64,000 nucleotides of DNA, from NCBI GenBank assembly GCA_963745025.1, contig CAVUWD010000019.1, positions 32,001-96,000 on the forward strand. The letters are read 5' to 3'. The notes beneath the pieces were generated by a model. That model was not told where the DNA came from. It saw only the letters and a program-made list of their open reading frames with translations, and ran no database searches. This document shows positions 23,392 through 37,447 of this stretch, piece by piece. Each line of letters opens with the position of its first letter. Position 1 is the stretch's first letter. Position numbers and translations under genes: made by a program. Source of the stretch: an uncultured delta proteobacterium. GTDB taxonomy: Bacteria; Desulfobacterota; Binatia; JACPRU01.

Positions 23392-23527
23392 TTGACATCG
23401 GGCGTCGCGCCCCCTATTAGCGACGCAGAGCCTTTAAGCTGGTCCCGCGAGATCAGGAAGGTGAGATGAAGACCGCAGTCAACACTGGCACGACGCCTCC
23501 TCGAAGTGACGGGGGGCGTTTTTTTTT
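23392..23527 (+). promoter_or_regulatory. pyr operon promoter and PyrR-binding attenuator leader with terminator
   Basis: TTGACA-16-TATTAG. CCTTTAA...GTCCCGCGAG...AAGG resembles the PyrR binding loop. ACGCCTCC...GGGGGCGT plus a T-tract precedes pyrR. Confidence 0.8.
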
Positions 23528-23548
23528 CGCGCGCGCGGGGCTCCGCCA

Positions 23549-24115
23549 ATGAGTAGCCGGAAGCCCGCGGCTAAGATCGTGACGGTGATGGACGCCGACG
23601 CCATACGGCGCGCCATCACCCGCATCGCGCACGAGATCCTCGAGCGCAACAAGGGCACGGACGGCCTCGCGCTCGTCGGCATCCGCTCGCGCGGCGTGCA
23701 CATCGCCGAGCGCATCGCCGACGCGCGATGCGCGGCGATCGAGGCGCGACCGACGTCGCCCGTCGGCGTCGTCGACATCACGCTCTACCGCGACGACCTC
23801 GACGCGCGGCGTGCAGAACCCCGCTGGTGCAGAGGCACCGACATCCCGTTCGCCGATCGAGGGCAAGCGCATCGTGCTGGTCGACGACGTGCTCTATCAC
23901 CGGGCGCACGATCCGCGCCGCGATGGACGCGCTCATGGACTTCGGCCGGCCCGCAGTCGATCCAGCTCGCGGTGCTGGTCGATCGCGGCCACCGCGAGCT
24001 GCCGATCCGCGCCGACTACGTGGGCAAGAACCTGCCGACCTCGCGACGCGAGCAGTCCGTGCAGGTCCGGCTCGCCGAGGCGGACGGCGTCGACGAGGTC
24101 GTGATCGAGGGCTGA
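23549..24115 (+). CDS. pyrR: PyrR bifunctional regulator/uracil phosphoribosyltransferase (frameshifted)
   Basis: RIAHEILERN, DITLYRDD, VLVDDVL, LVDRGHRELPIRADYVGKN. Confidence 0.93.
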   Translation: MSSRKPAAKIVTVMDADAIRRAITRIAHEILERNKGTDGLALVGIRSRGVHIAERIADARCAAIEARPTSPVGVVDITLYRDDLDARRAEPRWCRGTDIPFADRGQAHRAGRRRALSPGARSAPRWTRSWTSAGPQSIQLAVLVDRGHRELPIRADYVGKNLPTSRREQSVQVRLAEADGVDEVVIEG

Positions 24116-24126
24116 GGAGGGCGACC

Positions 24127-25139
24127 ATGGCGTTCACGCAGCGTCACCTGCTCGGCCTCGAAGGGCGTGCCGGCGGACGAGATCAACGCGATCCTCGACA
24201 CCGCAGCCTCCTTCAAGGAGATCTCGGAGCGCGACATCAAGAAGGTGCCGACGCTGCGCGGCAAGACCGTCGTCAACCTGTTCTACGAGGCGAGCACGCG
24301 CACGCGGACCTCGTTCGAGATCGCCGCCAAGCGGCTCTCGGCCGACACCATCAACATCACCGCCTCGACGTCGAGCGCGCAGCAAGGGCGAGACGCTCGC
24401 CGACACGGCGCGCAACCTCGAGGCGATGCGGCCCGACGCGATCGTCATCCGCCACCGTCCTCGGGCGCGCGCGCACCTGCTCGCGCGCGCACGTCGAGCT
24501 GCCCGATCATCAACGCCGGCGACGGCAGCCACGAGCACCCGACGCAGGCGCTGCTCGACCTGCTGCACGATCCGCGAGCAGCAGGGACGAGATCGCCGGG
24601 CTCGACGGTCGCCATCGTCGGCGACATCCTGCACAGCCGCGTCGCGCGCTCGAACCTGCACGCGCCTGCCGCACGCTCGGCGCGACGCGTGCGCCTGGTC
24701 GGCCCGCCGACGCTCCTGCCCGCGAGTTCGCGCAGCTCGGCGTCGCGAGCTCCATCACGACCTCGCGGCGAGGCGTGCGCGACGCCGACGTCATCATGAT
24801 GCTGCGCATCCAGCGCGAGCGGCAGGGCGCCAACTTCTTCCCGTCGCTCGACGAGTACTCGCGCTACTTCTGCCTCGACCGCGGACGCGCGTCGCCGCCG
24901 CCAAGCCGCGACGTCGATCATCCTGCATCCCGGGCCGATCAACCGCGGCATCGAGATCTCGAGCGACGGTCGCCGACGGGCCCGTACTCGGTGATCATGG
25001 ACCAGGTGACCAACGGCGTGGCGGTGCGCATGGCGCTGCTCTACCTGCTCGTCGCGCGCAGCAAGGCCGAGGACGCGAGCGACGCCGAGGCGACGAGGCG
25101 CGAGGAGCCGCGGCGCCGGCGGACGGAGGACGGGCGTGA
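24127..25139 (+). CDS. pyrB: Aspartate carbamoyltransferase catalytic subunit (frameshifted)
   Basis: [49 protein letters not shown]. Confidence 0.93.
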
Positions 25140-26493
25140 GCGCGATCGGCTGGTCGATCGCGGGCGGCACGGCTCGTCGATCCGGCGGCCGGCATCGACG
25201 CGCCCCCGGGACCTCCTGCTCGACGACGGCGTCGATCGCGCGGTCGAGGCGCCCGGGACGTTTCGCTCGACGGCGGACGCGCGCGCGCATCGACGCGCGC
25301 GGGCTGCTCGTCGTGCCCGGCCTCGTCGACATGCACGTCCACCTCCGCGAGCCGGGCTACGAGTACAAGGAGACGATCGCGACCGGCGACGGCGGCGGCG
25401 CGTCGCCGGCGGCTTCACCGTCGGTCGCCTGCATGGCCAACACCAATCCGGTGAACGACAGCGCCGCGGTGACGCGGTTCATCCTCGAGCGGGCGCGGAT
25501 GCGCGGGCTGCGCCCGCGTCTACCCGATCGGCGCGCTCTCGGTCGGGCTCGCGCGGCGAGCGGCTCGCCGAGATCGGCGAGATGCACGCGCGCCGGGATC
25601 GTCGCGGTCTCCGACGACGGCCAGCCCGGTCGATGGACGCCGGGCTCATGCGCCGCGCGCTCGAGTACAGCGCGCATGTTCGACCTCCCGGTGATCGCGC
25701 ACGAGGAGGATCGCGACCTCGCCGCCGGCGGCGTCGATGACACGAGGGGCGTGACGTCGCTCCGGCTCGGCCTGCAAGGGCATGCCCGGCGGCGGCCGAG
25801 GAGGTGATGGTCGCGCGCGACGTCGCGCTCGCTGAGCCTGACCGGCGGCCGCCTGCACATCGCGCACGCTGAGCACGCGCGGGCGCCGTCGCGCTGGTCC
25901 GCGACGGCCAAGGCGCGGCGGGCTCGCCGTCACCGCCGAGGCCACGCCGCATCACCTCTTCGCTCACCGACGAGGCCGTCGACGACTACGACACGCAACG
26001 CCAAGATGGCGCCGCCGCTGCGCACGCGCGGCCGACGTCGAGGCGCTGCGGCGCGGCGCTCGCCGACGGCACGATCGACGCGATCGCCACCGACCACGCC
26101 CCGCACCACCGCGACGAGAAGGACGTCGAGTTCGACAGCGCGGCGAACGGCATCGTCGGCCTCGAGACGGCGCTGCCGCTCGCGCTGCGGCTGGTCACCG
26201 ACGGGCGTTCTCGACCTGCCGACGCTCGTCGCGCCGCTGACGTCGGGGCCGGCGCGCGATCCTCGGCCTCGCGGCGGGCACGCTCGCGCGCGGGGGCGGC
26301 GGCCGACGTGACGCTCGTCGATCCCGGAGCGGCGCTGGCGGGTGGACGCGCGGAGCTTCCGCTCGAAGAGCACGGAACACGCCGTTCGACGGCTGGGAGA
26401 TGACGCGGGCGCGCCGTCGCACGTGCTCGTGGGCGGGCGGCTCGTGCACGACGAGCGGCCCCCGGCGCGCCGGCCCTGCGCAGCGCGGAGTGA
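25136..26493 (+). CDS. pyrC: Dihydroorotase (frameshifted)
   Basis: [38 protein letters not shown]. Confidence 0.9.
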
Positions 26494-26496
26494 GCG

Positions 26497-27669
26497 ATGA
26501 GCGATCGACGAGGCGACGACCGGCCCGCCATCCTGGCCCTCGCCGACGGCACCGTGTTCCGCGGCCGCGCCTTCGGCGCGCGCGGCGAGGCGACGGGCGA
26601 GATCGTCTTCAACACCAGCATGACCGGCTACCAGGAGATCCTGACCGACCCGTCGTACGAGGGGCAGCTCGTCGCGCATGACGTACCCCGAGATCGGCAA
26701 CGTCGGCGTGAACCGCGAGGACGTCGAGTCGCGGCGGCCGTTCGTGCGCGGCTTCGTCGTCACGCGAGTACCGGCGAGACGCCGTCGCAACTGGCGCGCG
26801 CGAGGAGAGCCTCGGCGACTACCTCGCGCGCCACGGCATCCCCGGCATCGAGGGCATCGACACGCGCGCGCTCGTCCGCCACCTCCGCGACCACGGTGCG
26901 CAGGAGGCGGTGCTCTCGAGCGTCGATCTCGACGCCGATCGGCTGGTGCGCAAGGCCAAGGACGCTCCGGCCTGGTCGGCCGCGACCTCGTGCGCGAGGT
27001 GACGTGCGCCGAGCCGTACGACTGGACCGAGGGGCCGCTGGGACCTCGGCGAACGGCTACGTGCGCGGACGAGGTCGCCGCGAGCGCGGCGGAAGCCGCT
27101 TCGACGTCGTCGCCTACGACTACGGCATCAAGTGCAACATCCTCCGCAACCTCGTCGGCGTCGGCTGCCGCGTGCGCGTCGTGCCGGCGCGCCACGCCGG
27201 CGGAGGACGTGCTCGCGCTGCAAGCCCGACGGCGTCTTCCTCTCGAACGGCCCGGGCGATCCCGACGCCGTCGCCGGCGCGCTCGAGAACGTGGCCGCGC
27301 TCGCTCGGCAAGGTGCCGATCTTCGGCATCTGCCTCGGCCACCAGATCCTCGGCCTCGCGCTCGGCGGCAAGACCTACAAGCTCAAGTTCGGCCACCACG
27401 GCGGCAACCAGCCGGTGAAGGACCTGACGACGGGCAAGGTCGAGATCACCGCGCAGAACCACGGCTTCGCCGTCGACGTCGACTCGCTCGCCGGCCGCGC
27501 CGAGCTGACGCACGTGAACCTGAACGACCAGCACCGTCGAGGGCCTCGCGCGTGCCGAGGCAGCCGAGCGTTCTCGGTGCAGTACCACCCCGAAGCCTCG
27601 CCGGGCCCGCACGACGCGCGCTATCTCTTCCAGCGCTTCGTCGACCTAATGGACAAGGGGGAGATGTGA
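26497..27669 (+). CDS. carA: Carbamoyl-phosphate synthase small subunit (frameshifted)
   Basis: [42 protein letters not shown]. Confidence 0.94.
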   Translation: MSDRRGDDRPAILALADGTVFRGRAFGARGEATGEIVFNTSMTGYQEILTDPSYEGQLVAHDVPRDRQRRREPRGRRVAAAVRARLRRHASTGETPSQLARARRASATTSRATASPASRASTRARSSATSATTVRRRRCSRASISTPIGWCARPRTLRPGRPRPRARGDVRRAVRLDRGAAGTSANGYVRGRGRRERGGSRFDVVAYDYGIKCNILRNLVGVGCRVRVVPARHAGGGRARAASPTASSSRTARAIPTPSPARSRTWPRSLGKVPIFGICLGHQILGLALGGKTYKLKFGHHGGNQPVKDLTTGKVEITAQNHGFAVDVDSLAGRAELTHVNLNDQHRRGPRACRGSRAFSVQYHPEASPGPHDARYLFQRFVDLMDKGEM

Positions 27670-27719
27670 AAAGATGTAGGGCCACAGTCTTCGCCACGAG
27701 CGTTCCGAGATTGCGAAGC

Positions 27720-27883
27720 GCTGGATTTTCCGGTTGGCCCGTACTCGGGTCGACCGGAAAATCCAGCCACCGCGCGCAGGCGCGGAAAGCAATAAACCAA
27801 CCCGTGGGTTATTGCGTTCCGCGCTCCGCGCGGTTGCGGTCGGTTGTGATCGACCCGAGTACGGGCCGATCACAACCGACCGC
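27720..27883. repeat. Nested triple-hairpin palindromic element
   Basis: Three consecutive stems. GGCCCGTACTCGGGTCGA in stem 1 is the exact reverse complement of TCGACCCGAGTACGGGCC in stem 3. Confidence 0.85.
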
Positions 27884-27961
27884 GCTCTCCGTCTGCCCGA
27901 AGCATTCGGGGCGAAGACTGAGGCAGTAGGAAGCAACGCCGAGACTGCTCACCAAGCATCC

Positions 27962-31253
<3,292 letters not shown>

Positions 31254-31321
31254 TCGGCGGTCGTGCGGTTCCGTATAGATTCGAACGAGCGGCCGGAATA
31301 TCCCTGACGAGAAGAGGAACC

Positions 31322-33748
31322 ATGGAGGCTCGCAGCGTTTCCGCGGTCGATCAGCTGCTGCGCATCGTCGAGCCGCCGCTGCGCTACCTCGCCACTGCAC
31401 ATCCGAGGCGGCTCGCGCCGAACGCGCTGCCGACCGCGAGGATCTTCGAGCTCATCGACCGGGCGGCAGAAGAAGGCAGGGCAGATCGGGGGGCGCTCGA
31501 ACGACTGCGCGCGCTGGTGGCCGACTTCCCGCTCGACGCCGAAGACGTGCGGCATCGGCGCGCCGCGGAGGGGCTGCGCGAGATCGAGCGTCTGAAGCAG
31601 TCGCCCGTGCCCGCCACGCTTTATGCGGCGACGGACGGCGACCTCGGTCCGGCGCTCGCGCTGCTCGCGGCGTCGGCGCAGTTCGTGAAAGGCGTCGGCC
31701 CGAAGCGGGCGGAGCAGCTCGCACGCTTCGGCATCGCCACGGTCGAGGACGTTCTCTATCACCTGCCGTTCCGCTACGAGGACCGCCGCTCGCTGACGCC
31801 GATCGCGCAGCTCGTGCCGGGATCGGAAGCCACCGTCGCCGGCGAGGTCGTCGCCGTCGGCACCTCCTACGCCGGCCGGCGCCGGCGGCGCGTCCTCGAG
31901 GCGAAGGCGAGCGACGGCGGCGCGGTACTGACGCTCACGTGGTTCCATCAGATCGGCTACTTCGAGCAGAAGCTGAAGGCCGGTACGCGAGTCGTTCTCC
32001 ACGGCAAGCTCGAAACCGGCTACGGCCGGCGGCAGATGATCCATCCCGAGGTCGAGGTGCTCGAGGGCACCGAGGACGAGCTCGGCCGGATCGTACCGAT
32101 CTACGAGAAGCCGACCGAGATGTCGGTGGGCGCGATGCGGAAGATCGTGCACGCGGCGCGGACCGAGATCGGGGAGCGCCTGCCGAGCGTGCTGCCTGCC
32201 GACGTCGCCGCGCGACGCCGGCTCGTCGACTTGGCGGCCGCCTTCGCCGACGTCCACGAGCCCGGCCGCGACGCAGACGTGGAGCCGCTCAATCGAGGGA
32301 CGCTCCGTGGCGCACCGCTCGATCGTCTTCGACGAGCTCTTCTTCCTCGAGCTCGGCATGATGCTTCGCAAGCATTCGATCGCCGAGGAGCCGGGCATCG
32401 CCTTCCGCCCGCGCGGCGAGCTCGGCGGCCGGCTCCGCGGGCGACTGCCCTTCCGCCTGACCGCGCGCGCAGGAGCGCGTGCTCGGCGAGATCGCCCGCG
32501 ACATGGCGGAGCCCCATCCGATGAACCGCCTCGTGCAGGGCGACGTCGGCAGCGGCAAGACGATCGTCGCGGTCCTCGCCGCGCTCGACGCGATCGAGTG
32601 CGGCTATCAGGTCGCGCTCATGGCGCCGACCGAGATCCTCGCCGAGCAGCACTACGCGACGGTCGGCGCTTGGCTCGAGCCGCTCGCGATCGAGCCCGTG
32701 CTGCTCACCGGCAAGATCAAGGCCCGCGGCCCGCAGGCAGGTCTATGCGGCGCTCGCCTCGGGAGAAGCGCCGTTCGTGGTCGGGACGCACGCGATCATC
32801 CAGGAGGGCGTCCGCTTCGCTCGTCTCGGTCTCGGCATCATCGACGAGCAGCACCGTTTCGGCGTGCTGCAACGAAAGGCGCTGAAGGGGCTCGGGCAAA
32901 ATCCCGACATCCTGCTCATGACCGCGACGCCGATTCCGCGCACACTGGCGATGACGCTTTACGGAGACCTCGACCTGTCGTTCCTCGACGAGCTGCCGCC
33001 GGGCCGTCAGCCGATCGAGACGCGCGTCGTGCGCGAGCGCGATCGCGAGCGCGTGTACGCCCGTGTGCGCGCGGCGCTCGACCGCGGAGAGCAGGCGTAT
33101 CTGGTGTTTCCGCTGGTCGAAGAAAGCGAGGCGACGGACCTCCGCAGCGCCAAGGCGATGGCGCGCGACCTCGCGACGAGCGCGTTCCGCGGCTACCGCC
33201 TCGGCCTGCTGCACGGTCAGATGAAGAGCGACGAGAAGGACGCCGTGATGCGGCGATTTCAGGCCGGTGACTGTCAGCTGCTGGTTGCGACGACGGTCAT
33301 CGAGGTCGGCATCGACGTGCCGAACGCGACGCTCATGGTCGTCGATCACGCGGAACAGTTCGGCCTGGCCCAGCTCCACCAGCTGCGCGGCCGTGTCGGA
33401 CGCGGCGCGAAGCAGTCGCTCTGCGTGCTGGTCTCGACGGGGCGAGCCGGGCCTCAAGGCTACGAGCGGTTGAAGCTCCTCGAGCGCGAGACCCGCGGCT
33501 CGGCAATCGCCGAGGCGGATCTCGAGCACCGCGGCCCCGGCGAGCTTCTCGGCTTGCGCCAGTCGGGCTTGCCGGATTTTCGCGCCGCGAATCTGGTGCG
33601 CGACGTGCGGATCCTCGAAGAAGCGCGTCAAGAGGCGGAGGCCTGTCTGCGATCCGATCCGGTGCTTCGGGCGCCGGACTCCCATCGCCTGCGCCAGGTG
33701 CTGGAGCATCGCTGGCGCGGGCGGCTCGGGCTCGCGCAAGTGGGGTGA
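31322..33748 (+). CDS. recG: ATP-dependent DNA helicase RecG (frameshifted)
   Basis: KGVGPKRA, QGDVGSGKT, DEQHRFGV, MTATPIPRTL, QLHQLRGRVGRG. Confidence 0.95.
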
Positions 33749-33870
33749 CTCGAGAGCCTGGCGGCGGCTCGAAGCCGCCGGCGACTTCAGCGAGCGCGGG
33801 CTCGCGGTGATCGTGAAGACTTCTTGGGGTGTTTAGCCGATCGCCGAAAGCGGATAGCCGAAATCCGGTG

Positions 33871-34446
33871 ATGAACGCCATCTGCGTCTTCTGCGGCTCG
33901 TCGAGCCGCGTTGCCGAGCCGTACCGGCAAGCCGCCTCCCGGCTCGGCGAGGCAATCGGCGCGGCCGGGATGCGTCTCGTCTACGGCGGCGGACGGATCG
34001 GGCTGATGGGGCTTCTCGCCGATGCCGCGCTCGCCGCCGGCGGTCGGGTCGTGGGTGTCATCCCGGAATTTCTTCGCGGGCTCGAGGTGGCGCACACAGG
34101 TCTTACGGAGCTTCGCATCGTCCCCACGATGCACGATCGCAAGCGGGTGATGTTCGAACTCGCCGACGCCTTCGTGGTTCTCCCCGGCGGCTTCGGCACG
34201 CTCGACGAGACGATCGAGATCGTCACGTGGCGGCAGCTCGGCCTCCACGACAAGCCGGTCGTCGTGGTCGACGTCGGCGGTTTCTGGCAGCCGCTGCGTG
34301 CGCTGATCACGGCGATCGTCGGCGAAGGCTTTGCCCACCCCGAGCACGCGAAGCTCTTGACCATCGTTTCCTCGGCCGAGGACGTGCTCGCGGCGCTCCG
34401 CGATCAACCGCCGACCCGCTTCGACGCCGATGTAAAGTGGACATGA
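33871..34446 (+). CDS. LOG-family nucleotide phosphoribohydrolase
   Basis: ICVFCGS, LVYGGG, MHDRK, PGGFGTLDE. Confidence 0.92.
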   Translation: MNAICVFCGSSSRVAEPYRQAASRLGEAIGAAGMRLVYGGGRIGLMGLLADAALAAGGRVVGVIPEFLRGLEVAHTGLTELRIVPTMHDRKRVMFELADAFVVLPGGFGTLDETIEIVTWRQLGLHDKPVVVVDVGGFWQPLRALITAIVGEGFAHPEHAKLLTIVSSAEDVLAALRDQPPTRFDADVKWT

Positions 34447-34555
34447 GCGGGACGAAGCGCTAGGGGCAGTACTCTGCAGGACCGGAGCCGGGATCGCGAC
34501 CAACGGGAGCGATCCGTGACGCACGTTCCTAGAGAGAGCCGGAGGGGGACGCACC

Positions 34556-34906
34556 ATGAGCCGCGAAGTGGCAATGCGTTATTTCGAACGTCTGAAGAGC
34601 CGTCATGCGAAGACGGTCGCGGAGAGTTTCCATGCCGAGATCGTGTCGTGGGACCCCTTGGCCGGCGAGCTGCGTGGCAAGGAAGCCGTCACGGCGGCGT
34701 TCGCAGGACTCTTCCAACAGATGCCCGATGTCTCCTTCGAGCCCCAGAAGTACGTGATCGATGGCCAGAATGGAGCCGTCGAGTGGATCTGGACCGGCAG
34801 CGGGCCCCGCGGGAAGGTCGTCATCCCGGGCATGGATCTCATGGAGTTCGCGGCAGGAACGATTCGCTCGCTCAAGTTCTATTACGATCCAGCGCCGCTC
34901 AAGTAA
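34556..34906 (+). CDS. SnoaL/NTF2-like protein
   Basis: DP..GELRGKEAV...AVEW...YYD. GGAGGGG RBS upstream. Confidence 0.8.
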   Translation: MSREVAMRYFERLKSRHAKTVAESFHAEIVSWDPLAGELRGKEAVTAAFAGLFQQMPDVSFEPQKYVIDGQNGAVEWIWTGSGPRGKVVIPGMDLMEFAAGTIRSLKFYYDPAPLK

Positions 34907-35055
34907 CGCCCCGCCGCGATCTCTTCGAGCTCGGGAGCCGCGATCCCGCAAAAGCGGGGCGTAAAGCCAGAAAAGCGCCAGCGCCGCGCAAAGAAGCGCG
35001 CCGAGCGCGACTGGCAGACGATCGAGTCTCATGGGCGTCCACTGGCGGCCTTCAA

Positions 35056-35084
35056 TTGACATTGCTCGGCGCGTCCTCAAGAAT
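35056..35084 (+). promoter_or_regulatory. Probable sigma70 promoter of alaC
   Basis: TTGACA-17 bp-AAGAAT just upstream of the ATG at 35096. Confidence 0.5.
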
Positions 35085-35095
35085 TGTAGAAATAT

Positions 35096-36301
35096 ATGGA
35101 ATTTCCGCGGATCAAGCGCCTTCCCCCGTACGTTCTCGCCGAGGTCGTCGAGCTCAAGCACCGTGCTCGCGTCGCCGGCGAGGACATCATCGATCTCGGC
35201 ATGGGAAACCCCGACGGGGCGACCCCTCCGCACATCGTGCAGAAGCTCGTCGAGGCGGCGGCGAAGGGCCCGAACCACCGTTACTCGCTCTCCAAGGGGC
35301 TGCCGAAGCTCCGGCTCGCGGTGGCGAACTGGTATCGCCGCCGCTTCGGCGTCGAGATCGATCCGGAGAGCGAGGTCGTGGCGACGATCGGTGCGAAGGA
35401 AGGCCTGTCGCACATGGCGCTGGCCATCCTCGGCGGCGGCGACATGGTCGTCTGCCCGAGCCCCGCGTATGCGATTCATCCCTACTCGGCGACAATCGCC
35501 GGCGCCGACCTGCGGATGCCGCCGATGCTGCCGGTAGAGGAGCTGCTCGGCCGACTCGAGCAGACGATCCACGAGTGCTGGCCGAAGCCGAAGCTTCTCA
35601 TGCTGTCCTTCCCGAACAACCCGACGACGGCCGTCGTCGAGCGGCCGTTCTTCGAGCGCGTGGTGGAATTCGCGCGCGAGGTCGGCATGCTCGTGGTTCA
35701 CGACTTCGCCTACGCGGACCTCGCGTTCGACGGCTACGAGCCCCCGAGCTTCCTGCAGGTGAAGGGCGCGAAGGACCTCGGCGTTGAGTTCTTCTCGCTC
35801 TCGAAAAGCTATAACATGCCGGGATGGCGCGTCGGCTTCGCGGTCGGCAACCGCGAGATGATCGGCGCGCTCGCGCGCATCAAGAGCTACATGGACTACG
35901 GCATCTTCGCGCCGATCCAGATCGCTGCGATCCACGCGCTGAACGGCCCGCAGGAGTGCGTCGCCGAGATTCGCCGCACGTACCAGCGGCGGCGCGACGT
36001 GCTCTGCGACGGGCTCGTGCGCGCCGGCTGGCCGATCGAGCGGCCGAAGGCGACGATGTTCGTCTGGGCGCGGATCCCGGAGGAGGTTCGCGCCATGGGG
36101 TCGATCGAATTCTCGAAGCTCCTGCTTCGCGAGGCGAAGGTCGCGGTTTCGCCCGGCATCGGCTTCGGCGAATTCGGCGACGACTACGTGCGGTTCTCGT
36201 TGATCGAGAACGAGCACCGAACCCGCCAGGCAGTGCGCGGCATCCGTCGCGCCCTGGGCGGCGCGCGCGTCGGCGAGAGCAGGGTCGCGGTCGCGCGATG
36301 A
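35096..36301 (+). CDS. alaC: PLP aminotransferase class I/II (AlaC-like)
   Basis: [50 protein letters not shown]. Lies upstream of hom. Confidence 0.82.
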   Translation: MEFPRIKRLPPYVLAEVVELKHRARVAGEDIIDLGMGNPDGATPPHIVQKLVEAAAKGPNHRYSLSKGLPKLRLAVANWYRRRFGVEIDPESEVVATIGAKEGLSHMALAILGGGDMVVCPSPAYAIHPYSATIAGADLRMPPMLPVEELLGRLEQTIHECWPKPKLLMLSFPNNPTTAVVERPFFERVVEFAREVGMLVVHDFAYADLAFDGYEPPSFLQVKGAKDLGVEFFSLSKSYNMPGWRVGFAVGNREMIGALARIKSYMDYGIFAPIQIAAIHALNGPQECVAEIRRTYQRRRDVLCDGLVRAGWPIERPKATMFVWARIPEEVRAMGSIEFSKLLLREAKVAVSPGIGFGEFGDDYVRFSLIENEHRTRQAVRGIRRALGGARVGESRVAVAR

Positions 36302-36409
36302 GCGGCGAAGAGACCCGGTCCGCCCAAGAGTTCGACTCGCTCTGACCGCACGCGCTCTTGCGCGATGGGCCGCGCAGCGCTAACCGACTCGCCCGAGGAA
36401 GCCACGCAC

Positions 36410-37447
36410 ATGGAGATCGACACCTCGATTCCGCTCGACGACTGGCGGGCCGTGCCGGAAGCGGCGCGCCGCGCCGAGGCGCTCGGCTTCGGCGGCGTGA
36501 TGGCGCCGGAGATCCAGAACGATCCGTTCATCCCGCTCGCGTTCGCGGCGACCGCGACGGAGCGTATTCGCCTCGGCACGGCGGTGGCGATCGCGTTCCC
36601 GCGGAGCCCCATGATCGTGGCGAACCTCGCCTACGACTTGCAGCGAAACTCGAAGGGACGATTCGTGCTCGGGCTCGGCACGCAGGTGAAGGGCCACAAC
36701 GAGCGCCGCTTCAGCGTGCGCTGGGAATCGCCCGGGCCGCGCCTCAAGGAATACGTCGAGGCGCTGCGGGCGATCTGGCGCTCGTGGGAGCAGAAGGAGC
36801 CGCTTCGCTACGAGGGCAAGTTCTATCAGTTCACGCTGATGACTCCGGAATTCGCGCCGCCACCGACCGGGCTGCCGCGGGTTCCGGTGACGATCGCGGC
36901 GGTGCAGCCGTACATGCTGCGGCTCTCGGGCGAGGCCTGCGACGGCGTCCGCCTGCACGGCTTTTGCACCAAGCGCTACCTTGAGGAAGTCGCATTGCCG
37001 GCGATCGAAGAAGGCTTGCGGCGCGCCGGCCGCGAGCGCAAGCGGTTCGAAGTCTGGGGTGGGGGATTCGTCGCCACCGGCAAAGACGCGGACGAGGTGC
37101 GCCGCTCGGTCGAGGAGACGCGCTACCGCATCGCGTTCTACGGGTCGACCCGCACGTACTCTGGAGTGCTCTCGCTACACGGATGGGACGCCGCCGCCGC
37201 GAAGCTCCACGAGCTCTCCAAGCGCGGGCAGTGGGCGGACATGGCGAAGGTCGTGAGCGACGAGATGGTCGAGGCCTTCACGGCGGTGGCGACGTACGAT
37301 CGCCTCGCGGCGACGCTCCGCGAGCGCTTCGGCGGCCTGTCGGACCGCATCGCGCTCGGCTTCCCCCGAGGCACGCCCGACGATCTCGTCCGCGAGCTCC
37401 TCGTCGACGTCGGCAAGATCCCGTCCGCGTTCGCCGGATGGAACTGA
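36410..37447 (+). CDS. LLM-class, probably F420-dependent oxidoreductase
   Basis: AVAIAFPRSPM, LGLGTQVKGHNERRFS, IAFYGSTRTY. Confidence 0.85.
   Translation: MEIDTSIPLDDWRAVPEAARRAEALGFGGVMAPEIQNDPFIPLAFAATATERIRLGTAVAIAFPRSPMIVANLAYDLQRNSKGRFVLGLGTQVKGHNERRFSVRWESPGPRLKEYVEALRAIWRSWEQKEPLRYEGKFYQFTLMTPEFAPPPTGLPRVPVTIAAVQPYMLRLSGEACDGVRLHGFCTKRYLEEVALPAIEEGLRRAGRERKRFEVWGGGFVATGKDADEVRRSVEETRYRIAFYGSTRTYSGVLSLHGWDAAAAKLHELSKRGQWADMAKVVSDEMVEAFTAVATYDRLAATLRERFGGLSDRIALGFPRGTPDDLVRELLVDVGKIPSAFAGWN

Noticed and set aside
33820-33868. Possible eighth heptamer-arm element before the LOG gene
   Set aside because: Only one degenerate arm (GCCGATC GCCGAAA GCGGATA GCCGAAA) with no clear complementary arm.
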